Below, piece after piece: positions 8,713 through 16,766 of a stretch of 34,839 nucleotides of DNA. The position numbers and the translations under genes are program-made. The DNA lies in the NCBI GenBank assembly GCA_039208735.1, contig JBCCQY010000097.1, positions 1-34,839 of the forward strand. Direction: 5' to 3'. The DNA comes from Myxococcota bacterium. GTDB taxonomy: Bacteria > Myxococcota_A > UBA796 > GCA-2862545. The notes beneath the pieces are model-generated. The model ran no database searches. It was given only the letters and a program-made list of their open reading frames with translations, and was not told the DNA's origin. Each line of letters starts with the position of its first letter. Within the stretch, counting starts at the first letter, position 1.

Positions 8713-9986
8713 CACGCCTCGAACTGTTGGAGCTGCTGCGCGAGGGCTTTGCGGGGGTGCGCATTCACCGCGTGCGGTCCCTGCTGTCGAGCCTGGGCAT
8801 CCTGTTTGGGGTCGCTGCGATCCTCGGCATCCTTTCCATTGGTGAGGGAGCGCGACGCGAACAGGAGGCGTTGATCGCTCGACTGGGCATCCTCAACTTC
8901 CAGATCCGCAACGTCGATCTGGCGGACGATGACGAGCGCCGTACCGAGATTCGGAGGGTTTCGCCAGGATTGTCGGCACGCGATGTGGTGGCTTTACGCG
9001 AGGCTCTGCCCGCGGCCACCCACGTCGGAGCCGCACTCGACATCAAGCGCCAGGAGGTCGTTCCGCGGCCTACCGATCCGGCCTCCATTACGCTGCTGGG
9101 CGCCTCCCCAGGCTGGCTTGCCGGATCGAGCCTCGTGCGGACGCGGGGACGGCCCCTCGACGCGACCGACGAGCGCACCAAAGCCTCGGTTTGCGTCATG
9201 GGAGAAGGTGCGGCCCGAGCGCTGTTCGGTCCTGAAGATCCACTGGGTCAACGCATCCGGGTCGGGCGCGTCTGGCTCACGGTCGTAGGCGTGTTCCGCG
9301 ACGCGGGCGAAACCGGTTCTGCGCCCTCGGGGCCAGGGCCATCAGGGGGCGTGGGGGTCGAGGTCGACGATCGCAGAGGAGCGATCGTCATGCCGCTGCA
9401 AAGTGCGATCGCGCGGTTTCCGCCAGAAGAAGAAGCGCCCCCGCTTAGCGAGATCCAAGTGACCGTGGCCTCGATCGAGGATGTGCCTTCGCACGTGGCG
9501 CTGGCCACGCGAGTGCTGAATCGGACCCATCGGGAACAAGCCGACGTCGAGATTGAGGTCCCCTTGAGGCTCCTCGAGCAGTCGCGAGCCCAGCAACGCT
9601 TGTTTTCGCTCGTCATGGGCCTGATCGCAGGAATTTCGCTCCTGGTTGGGGGCATTGGCATCATGAACATCATGCTTGCGAGTGTCTTGGAACGAACACG
9701 CGAAGTTGGAATTCGTCTGGCGCTGGGGGCACGTCCTCGCGACATCGCCGGCTTGTTCTTGGTCGAAGCGGCGATGATCAGCGTCGTTGGTGGGGTCGCG
9801 GGCGTTCTTGCAGGCTTGGTGATCGCTTCGCTGGTGGCGGCGGCGACGGGGTGGGCGACCGCGGTGAGTCCTACCTCCGTGCTCGGGGTGTTGCTGCTGT
9901 CGATGGTCGAAGGGGTCGTGTTCGGCTATCTGCCGGCCCGGCGCGCCTCTCAGCTGCCTCCCGTCATTGCAGTGCGGCAGATCTGA
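8709..9986 (+). CDS. ABC transporter permease, MacB/FtsX family (no fused ATPase)
   Basis: RSLLSSLGILFGVAA and ISLLVGGIGIMNIMLASVLERTREVGIRLALGA motifs. GTG start overlaps the adaptor stop. Confidence 0.93.
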   Translation: MTRLELLELLREGFAGVRIHRVRSLLSSLGILFGVAAILGILSIGEGARREQEALIARLGILNFQIRNVDLADDDERRTEIRRVSPGLSARDVVALREALPAATHVGAALDIKRQEVVPRPTDPASITLLGASPGWLAGSSLVRTRGRPLDATDERTKASVCVMGEGAARALFGPEDPLGQRIRVGRVWLTVVGVFRDAGETGSAPSGPGPSGGVGVEVDDRRGAIVMPLQSAIARFPPEEEAPPLSEIQVTVASIEDVPSHVALATRVLNRTHREQADVEIEVPLRLLEQSRAQQRLFSLVMGLIAGISLLVGGIGIMNIMLASVLERTREVGIRLALGARPRDIAGLFLVEAAMISVVGGVAGVLAGLVIASLVAAATGWATAVSPTSVLGVLLLSMVEGVVFGYLPARRASQLPPVIAVRQI

Positions 9987-11451
9987 CCTGGTCTGGCTCG
10001 GGAAGGTCGGCCGGAGCAATGAGGGTGCCCGCCACACGCTTGAGTTCGAGCAAGCTGCGTTGCAATCCGATCTGAGATTCAAGGAGGGCGACCCCCGCCT
10101 GCTGCAGGAGTTCGAGCGACTGGGCCACGTTGCGGGAAGAGCCCCTTCCTTCGGTGAGCAGTTCGCGGTCGGCCTCGAGGGCCAACGCAGCCACCCGTTC
10201 GGTCTCGGTGGCAAGTTCAACCTGCAAGCGGTCGCGTTGCACCGCACGAACGGCGTCTTGCACACGCAAGACAAGGTCCTGCTCCGCGGCCTCAAACGCG
10301 AGGCGGGCGGTCTCGGCGTCCATGCGAGCCTGACGCACGTTGGCGCGGGCGGCTCGACCCAAGAGGGGCACCGACACGCTTGCGCCCACACTCCACGCGT
10401 TGAATTCGCCGGAGGTGGTGGTGCGTCGGGCCTCCGCGGCGGTGTTGCCGAGCCCTGACAGGCCAACGTCGCCGTTGAGGGCGAGGTCCGGCAACGCTTG
10501 GTTCCGCAAGCCCTTCACGGCCAACTCGGCCGTCGAGCGATCGAGGGTCGCCTGCAAGTAGCCGGCATTGTTCGCCATCGCGGAGGTAAGGATCGCCGCC
10601 TCGTCAGGCAGGGATTCCGGTACCAAAGGTGCGTCGCTTGGGGTGAGGTGCGGCGGCGTTCGCACATCGCGACCCAGGAGTCGACATAGGGCATTGTTCG
10701 CCTGTTGACGGGCAGCTTCGGCTCCGACCTCACTGAGTCGAGCCGCGCCAAACGCACGCCGCATTTGAAGCACATCGCCTGAACCGACGAATCCGGCGTC
10801 GTAGCGGTCTTCCATGTCGGAGACGGACTCCGCCGCAATGGCGCGGGATTGTACGGCGAGGGCCTGTCGTTGGTCGGCCGCGACGAGCCGCCAGTAGGCG
10901 GCACTCACATCGAGGATCGCTTGTTCCACCGATGCGCGCCATCCGATTTGGGCGCGCGTAAGCCCCAGTCGCGTGCGTCGAAGGTCCCAAAGTGCGGCGG
11001 GCCCCCCCCCTCGCAACAACGGTTGAGCGAGCGACAGGTTGGCCCCGTTGCTGACCGTGGTGGGATTGATGAGCGTCTCATCGGTGGAGGTGGTCCGGCT
11101 TTCAAACCATGCGGCTGAAAGTTGGCCTCCGGTGGGAAGGCTCTGGCTTAGCGAGGCGGACCAACGACCCGACGAGATCGACAGCACCTCTTCGCCCACG
11201 AACAGGTTGTTGTTGGGCTGGTTTGACGTCGACGTCGACGCCGACAACCCGAGCGTGGGATCCCAGCGGCTTCGAGCCCGGGTCAGTCCGGTCTCCGCCA
11301 ATCCCACGTCGATGGCGCGTTGCCGAAGTTCGAGGTTGGTCTGCAAGGCTTCCTCGATCGCCTGCGGCAGTGAGATCGGCTCAGATTCGACCTCCTCTGC
11401 CGCAAGTGCCGTGCCAAGCCCCCACCAAACGAGACTCGCGGCCCACATCAT
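9964..11451 (-). CDS. TolC-family outer membrane efflux protein
   Basis: Signal peptide, ISLPQAIEEALQTN, two OEP repeats (WDPTLGL...LAQPLLRG; ALPDLAL...VSVPL) and VSAAYWRL. GGAGGGAG RBS. Confidence 0.9.
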   Translation of the reverse strand: MMWAASLVWWGLGTALAAEEVESEPISLPQAIEEALQTNLELRQRAIDVGLAETGLTRARSRWDPTLGLSASTSTSNQPNNNLFVGEEVLSISSGRWSASLSQSLPTGGQLSAAWFESRTTSTDETLINPTTVSNGANLSLAQPLLRGGGPAALWDLRRTRLGLTRAQIGWRASVEQAILDVSAAYWRLVAADQRQALAVQSRAIAAESVSDMEDRYDAGFVGSGDVLQMRRAFGAARLSEVGAEAARQQANNALCRLLGRDVRTPPHLTPSDAPLVPESLPDEAAILTSAMANNAGYLQATLDRSTAELAVKGLRNQALPDLALNGDVGLSGLGNTAAEARRTTTSGEFNAWSVGASVSVPLLGRAARANVRQARMDAETARLAFEAAEQDLVLRVQDAVRAVQRDRLQVELATETERVAALALEADRELLTEGRGSSRNVAQSLELLQQAGVALLESQIGLQRSLLELKRVAGTLIAPADLPEPDQVRSAALQ

Positions 11452-11483
11452 GGCTCCCTCCCTGCGGGGGCGGATAATCAGGC

Positions 11484-12170
11484 TTGGTGTTGGAACCGTT
11501 GATCCGAACCCGTGCGCTCACCCGCGATTATCCGATGGGGCAATCGCACGTTCGAGCCCTCGACGCCGTCGACCTCGAGATCGACACCGGAGAGCTGGTT
11601 GCTCTGGTTGGAACCAGCGGATCGGGTAAGACCACCTTGTTGTCATTGTTGGGCTGTCTGGATCAGCCGACCGCGGGCTCCTACCAACTCGCGGGTCGGG
11701 AGGTGGGGCAGCTGTCGGTGGACGAACTAGCGGTGGTGCGCAACGCTCGCATCGGGTTTGTGTTTCAGTCGTTCAATCTGATCGACGGGCTCACCGCCGC
11801 CGAAAACGTTGCCTTACCCCTTCGCTACCGGGGGTTGACCCGCCCCGAGCGGCTGGCTCGGGCGCAAGCGATGCTCGACCGTGTGGGACTGGGCGAACGC
11901 GTGGGACACCGACCGATGGAGCTGTCGGGGGGGCAGCGTCAGCGGGTGGCCGTGGCGCGGGCGTTGGTGGGCGAGCCCGATTTGGTGTTGGCGGACGAGC
12001 CTACCGGGAACCTCGACCGAGCTTCTGGCGAAGCGATTCTCGAGTTGCTCCGTGAACTCCATCGCGAGGGCCGGACGTTGGTGCTAGTGACCCACGACGA
12101 GGACATCGCTGCGGTGGCGGACCGGCGCGTGCGGCTTTCGGAAGGGCGCATTGTGTTGGACGACCGATAA
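11484..12170 (+). CDS. ABC transporter ATP-binding protein, MacB/LolD family
   Basis: Walker A GTSGSGKT, GFVFQSFNL, signature LSGGQ, ADEPTGNLD and VTHD. Start could be 11484, 11487 or 11490. Confidence 0.93.
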   Translation: MVLEPLIRTRALTRDYPMGQSHVRALDAVDLEIDTGELVALVGTSGSGKTTLLSLLGCLDQPTAGSYQLAGREVGQLSVDELAVVRNARIGFVFQSFNLIDGLTAAENVALPLRYRGLTRPERLARAQAMLDRVGLGERVGHRPMELSGGQRQRVAVARALVGEPDLVLADEPTGNLDRASGEAILELLRELHREGRTLVLVTHDEDIAAVADRRVRLSEGRIVLDDR

Positions 12171-12171
12171 G

Positions 12172-12741
12172 TCAGATGCCTTGACGATCCACAGGATCCT
12201 TGAATTTCTCCAGCAGTTCCTCGTAGATGCCGCTCGAATCGCCGCCCCCAAACACCAGGGCGCCGCTTGTAAACGTCGTACCGAACGTGGCGGCTGCCGT
12301 CACCGTCTGGGCGAGACCGCTCGCGAGCTGCGCTTCGGTCAGCGGCGACAACGGGTGGATGAACGTGGCCCACACCGTCCCCTGGCCAATCGCGTAGCGG
12401 GCGTCGAGCACGGCGTCGAAGTTGGCCTGAAGCATCCGCTCGGCGAAGCCTTGGGGCAGGCTCTCGGTGTCGGTGATGGGAATGATGATCCGCATGCGAT
12501 CTGCACCTTCGTCGGTCACGATCATCACCGGGAACCGCTCGATGTTGAACGACCATTGATTCGGGGATTGGCGCATGTCCGTCGCGGCATCCCCGAACAC
12601 CCGCGTCAAGAACGCATCGATGCCCGCGTTGTCCATCCGCACCGGGGCGGGCGCCTCCACCGGGGGAGGTTCGGGCTCCGCGCGTCGTTTCTTCTTCGGA
12701 CCGGCCACGGCAACGAGGGAGAGCAAGGACCAGAAGAGCAT
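12172..12741 (-). CDS. Exported protein with YbjN / T3SS-chaperone (CesT)-like domain
   Basis: GGAGG RBS, short hydrophobic leader and Pro linker. DRMRIIIPI and ANFDAVLDARYA...FIHPL resemble this family (recognised from memory). Confidence 0.65.
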   Translation of the reverse strand: MLFWSLLSLVAVAGPKKKRRAEPEPPPVEAPAPVRMDNAGIDAFLTRVFGDAATDMRQSPNQWSFNIERFPVMIVTDEGADRMRIIIPITDTESLPQGFAERMLQANFDAVLDARYAIGQGTVWATFIHPLSPLTEAQLASGLAQTVTAAATFGTTFTSGALVFGGGDSSGIYEELLEKFKDPVDRQGI

Positions 12742-12775
12742 CGATACCTCCGCACCTTCCTCGTACCGTGAGGGA

Positions 12776-15700
12776 CTATGGCGTTTCGTCTTCGGCGGGG
12801 GTGCGTCGCCGCATCACGCCTCCGTCGGACCACGCCTGCCACGCCCACGGCACCCAGCGTACCAGGCTTGCCGCGAGCCATAGGGACCAGGCCAACATGA
12901 CGATTCGCCACGCCCAGAGGGGCAAGGTCATGAGGGTCGGCGAAGGTACGGTGGAATCCACGCGATCGACGAACCAGAACAGCATATCATCGGACGAGCC
13001 GGCGCCCGCCACTTGGCTGTCGGGTTGCCAGAGCAGCCCGGTGTGGATGGCCGAGTACAGGCAGATCATCGCGACCACAGTGAGCCCCGCGAGCCCGAGT
13101 TGCAGCAGGTTGAACCACACCGCATCGGCGACCGGCCGCTCCTTTCGCCACGCTAAGGCGAAGAACCACACCGCGACGGTGAGCGGGGCGAGAATCGACA
13201 CCTGGGTCATGCCCAAGCCCAGCAGGAGCCACGAGACGACCCCCAGCGGAGAGAACCGCAGGCGGGCGAGAATCGGGGCAAGGATGAACACCGCGATCAC
13301 GTAGGTCCACATCAGCGGCACCGGTCCCCACTGGGTTCCGGGATTTGCGAGCCACACGATCCAGCGGTCGCGCGACGGATGAACGATCGTTCGAACGTTG
13401 ACCGCGGGACCGCCCAGGTCCACTTCGGGCATGCGGTCGACGATCGAGGCCGCCTTGGCCTGTTGCCACCGGATGACCACCGACTGGGTGCCTGGCGTGA
13501 GCGGCACGGGTAGCTCGCGACCGTCGCGAAGCTGCAGGGGCCGGGCCACGTTGTCGAGGGTCACGGATTGCAACTCGGCGCCTTCGGGAAGCCGAACCGT
13601 TTGACGGCCGCCCTGGCTGGAACGAATGCGCAGGGTCAACGAGGCGACCAAGTTGCGACGGCCCGGCCTTAGGTCGAGCACGGCTTCGTCGATGGTCGTG
13701 GTTTGCCCTTCGACCCCCGCCGGTCGGCTTACGTCGATGCGCAGGGCTTCGCCTGGCCACACCCGCCAGCGGGGATTCCACGTCCCCGAATCGACGTGGG
13801 CCAAAGGGGCAGGGCCTTGGGTGGAACACGCAAACAACGGGCTGCACGACAGCGTCCAGACCTCGGTCCATGGCACGCCGGAGGGAGCCGTCAGATCGAG
13901 GCGAGCGGTCGTGGGAATGGTCGAGAGCCACTCGGCGTCGACCTGATCCCGGTCCAAGCTCACCGAGACAATCCCGTTGGTGGATTCGAAGCCCCCCTCG
14001 GTCACCGCCTCCCCAGCGAGCAACGGGACTTTGATGGACACGGGGTAGTCGGTGGGGCCGACGCGGCGTACGGTGGTGCGCACCCGCCACGGAAGCCCGA
14101 GATCAAGGTGGCGATGCACTTCGAGCCAAGGGGTGAGGTTCTCGGTGGATTGGGCGGTCGAGGCCTCCCCGAGCATGCGTGCCAACTGCACCGAAGCTTC
14201 CACCGTGCCGTCGGCCTTCAACCCGTCGAGGGCCCAACCCTGTCCAGACCACGCCAGCCGCTTTGGAGCGATGGCAAACGCGAGGGGCAGCGCGTCGACG
14301 GGGGGCACCGGGCCGGTCACGACCACCTTGTGTACGCCTTCATCGAGACGCACGTGAAGAAACCCGTCGCGTAGGCGGGCCATCGCTACGGCGGTCCGGC
14401 CATCGACGGTCACCCGTTTGGGCACAAACACCTTGGTGGGCCCGGGCACGGGCCAACTTGTGGCGGTCGCGGCGTGCACTTCGGCCCGCAGCGTCAGGAC
14501 GTCGCCCGACATCGAGAGCTTCGCGTCGGCGACGGTCACGCAGTCCTTTTCGCAGTTGGGCACCGACAAGCGCGTCTTTAGGGCGTCGAGCAGTTCGGGA
14601 CTGGGTGCGGCGGCGGCGGGAGAGGACAACCACGGCAGCACGGCGAGCAACACCACGGCGATGCGAGCGAGCGGAGCCCCGCGATGGATCAGTTGCTCTC
14701 GCGTGAGTTCGGCGAGCTTGAGGGCCAGGGCGCCGAGCAGCGTGATGCGCAGAATGGCCAGAAGCAGATTTGTAAAGGGAGAGAGCACGACGAGGCGCAG
14801 AGACTGCGCTTGACTCACGGGGCCTGACCAGGAGAGCGACGCCTGGTTGAACGTCCACTCCGGCACCCCGGGTCCCGTCTGTACGACGGCCTTGGGATCG
14901 ACCTGAAGGGAGAGGTACTTCTTTTTCTTGGAGACCGGCTGCTCCTTGGGCCGAGCTCTCTCCACATCGACGGCTCGTTCTTGGAAGGAGATATCGGCAA
15001 AGGAGTCGTCGAGATAAAGAAGCGAGAACGTTCCCTGGTTTTCGAGGGACGGGAAGAGTCCTCGTTCAAGATGGCGGACCGAGAACGGAATGAGCTGGAT
15101 GACCAGCACCAGCAAGGCGCCGATGCGAAGTAGCCGCACGCTCTGCTTAGGCAGGCCCTCGTTCGCAACGCGTTGGAGGGCGATAAGGGCGAGCACGATG
15201 GCCCAGGTCCACTGGGGGGCTCCGCTTTCGTGACGCGCGAAGGCGAGTGCGAACAGGGCCACGACGCCCCAAGGCCAGCCCATGAGGCGTGCGGTCGCCA
15301 TGGCCAACACCAATACGAAGAACAGGTCGAAGAGGCTCCAGTCATCGACCATCGACCCATCGATGTGGTCGACTCCGGTGCCGGCCAAGAGGCGGAATCC
15401 GGGTGGGAGGTGAAGGGTGGCGTTGAGTTCCACCACGTCGGCGGCCCAGCCCACTGCGGGCAGGGTCGCGGGGCGGTTCTCCACCCGAGACTCGGCCACC
15501 AGTTCGACGGTTTCGGAACGAAGTTCGACGCCCACTGCACCCTGTTCGGATGCGGTGACCACGAGATCCTCGCCCGATGCCGCCACGTGCCCAAGCGCGT
15601 AAGGCTCGGTCATGTCGAGGCGCCAGCCCCGGTGCATCTCTCCCGAGAACCGGTCGCGAACCGTGAGCCCACGCCCGTCGAGGTCGAGCCAGAGGTCACG

Positions 15701-16735
15701 AAACAGGGTGAGTTGGTTGGGGGCTGGATCGGGGTCACCCCGCCGGAGCGTCTCGAAGCGTAAGGTGCCTCCCTGCGGCACCGCGAAGGTCGGCAGTCCC
15801 CGCCAATCATCAGGCAGCGTAGTGCGGGAGGGGTCGATGCCCGGCACGCCATCGAGGTTGACGGCGCGCACCGGATCGTTGGTCTCGACCGCCCAGGTTT
15901 CGGTATCGGGCCACGGATCGACGCTGGAGGGTCGGGTGAGGGCATCGACGGTACCGTCGTGCACGGCTCTGAACAGGACCCGATAGGTTCCTGGTCGCAC
16001 CTGGATGCGCAGGGTCCCTTCCGCGGTGAAGCGAGCCGGGAGGTTCGCAACCAAGGCCACCGCCCGGGTGCCCGGGAGCAACACCTCGCCTAGATCCACC
16101 TCACGGCCCCGGCCCGACGCTCGAAGGTCGATGGCGGTGTGGACCACCACTGGAACGCCGTCCACAATGCGGCGACTCACTTCGATGCCGAGGTGTTCGC
16201 TCTCGCGGTTGGCATCGTCGACGGCGCCAAGTCGCAGGCCATCGGAATCGATCTGGGGAAAGGGCACGACCGCGCCATCCACGGTGAGCGTGACCTGGCC
16301 TACGGCGCTGGGTACGGGCAGGCTGGCGGGCCGTTTCGTGTAGGCCAGGCGTGCGGTTACCGTGTGGTTTCCAGGCGGCACCCGAACCATTGGCACGCCC
16401 GCTCGTTCGACGACGGGAGCGGATCGACCATCGACCCGAAGATCCGCAGGCCAAGTGCCTGCACCGCCCGGAACCGGAACCTCGATCGTCCGATCGTTGC
16501 GGAGCAAGAGCCGCCAACGCCCCGACGTGGCCCCGGCCTCGACCGTCAGGCTTCCCGGCCAAACACATTCACGGCCGGCCGGGGCCAACGCGCAGTCGAG
16601 GTCTGGGTTCTGGGACTTGACCCAGGGAACCCACGGCTTGAGTTCCGCCGGGATTTGGCGTGCGTCGATCGGTACCTGAGCCAGCGCGGGAGCCCCGACG
16701 CAGACAGTGAAGATCATCCACAGGGTTGCGAACAC
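12776..16735 (-). CDS. Large multi-pass membrane protein of unknown function with internal duplication (~1319 aa)
   Basis: GTG 16735 preceded by GGAGG gives a signal peptide ending PALA-Q. Two large soluble beta-rich regions, each followed by a TM bundle. Confidence 0.8.
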   Translation of the reverse strand: MFATLWMIFTVCVGAPALAQVPIDARQIPAELKPWVPWVKSQNPDLDCALAPAGRECVWPGSLTVEAGATSGRWRLLLRNDRTIEVPVPGGAGTWPADLRVDGRSAPVVERAGVPMVRVPPGNHTVTARLAYTKRPASLPVPSAVGQVTLTVDGAVVPFPQIDSDGLRLGAVDDANRESEHLGIEVSRRIVDGVPVVVHTAIDLRASGRGREVDLGEVLLPGTRAVALVANLPARFTAEGTLRIQVRPGTYRVLFRAVHDGTVDALTRPSSVDPWPDTETWAVETNDPVRAVNLDGVPGIDPSRTTLPDDWRGLPTFAVPQGGTLRFETLRRGDPDPAPNQLTLFRDLWLDLDGRGLTVRDRFSGEMHRGWRLDMTEPYALGHVAASGEDLVVTASEQGAVGVELRSETVELVAESRVENRPATLPAVGWAADVVELNATLHLPPGFRLLAGTGVDHIDGSMVDDWSLFDLFFVLVLAMATARLMGWPWGVVALFALAFARHESGAPQWTWAIVLALIALQRVANEGLPKQSVRLLRIGALLVLVIQLIPFSVRHLERGLFPSLENQGTFSLLYLDDSFADISFQERAVDVERARPKEQPVSKKKKYLSLQVDPKAVVQTGPGVPEWTFNQASLSWSGPVSQAQSLRLVVLSPFTNLLLAILRITLLGALALKLAELTREQLIHRGAPLARIAVVLLAVLPWLSSPAAAAPSPELLDALKTRLSVPNCEKDCVTVADAKLSMSGDVLTLRAEVHAATATSWPVPGPTKVFVPKRVTVDGRTAVAMARLRDGFLHVRLDEGVHKVVVTGPVPPVDALPLAFAIAPKRLAWSGQGWALDGLKADGTVEASVQLARMLGEASTAQSTENLTPWLEVHRHLDLGLPWRVRTTVRRVGPTDYPVSIKVPLLAGEAVTEGGFESTNGIVSVSLDRDQVDAEWLSTIPTTARLDLTAPSGVPWTEVWTLSCSPLFACSTQGPAPLAHVDSGTWNPRWRVWPGEALRIDVSRPAGVEGQTTTIDEAVLDLRPGRRNLVASLTLRIRSSQGGRQTVRLPEGAELQSVTLDNVARPLQLRDGRELPVPLTPGTQSVVIRWQQAKAASIVDRMPEVDLGGPAVNVRTIVHPSRDRWIVWLANPGTQWGPVPLMWTYVIAVFILAPILARLRFSPLGVVSWLLLGLGMTQVSILAPLTVAVWFFALAWRKERPVADAVWFNLLQLGLAGLTVVAMICLYSAIHTGLLWQPDSQVAGAGSSDDMLFWFVDRVDSTVPSPTLMTLPLWAWRIVMLAWSLWLAASLVRWVPWAWQAWSDGGVMRRRTPAEDETP

Positions 16736-16766
16736 GGTCCACCTCCGGGGTCCGCGCGCTTCTATC

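Noticed and set aside
7090..8715. 541-aa minus-strand ORF
   Set aside because: Antisense shadow of the efflux adaptor and lipoprotein genes; Arg/His-rich with no motifs, typical of high-GC DNA.
11225..11245. GACGTC-type short palindromic repeat run
   Set aside because: Lies inside the tolC coding sequence (Ser/Thr/Ala codons) and is expected in GC-rich DNA.
12172..12741. Type III secretion locus
   Set aside because: Only a chaperone-like fold is present; no injectisome genes are in the window.
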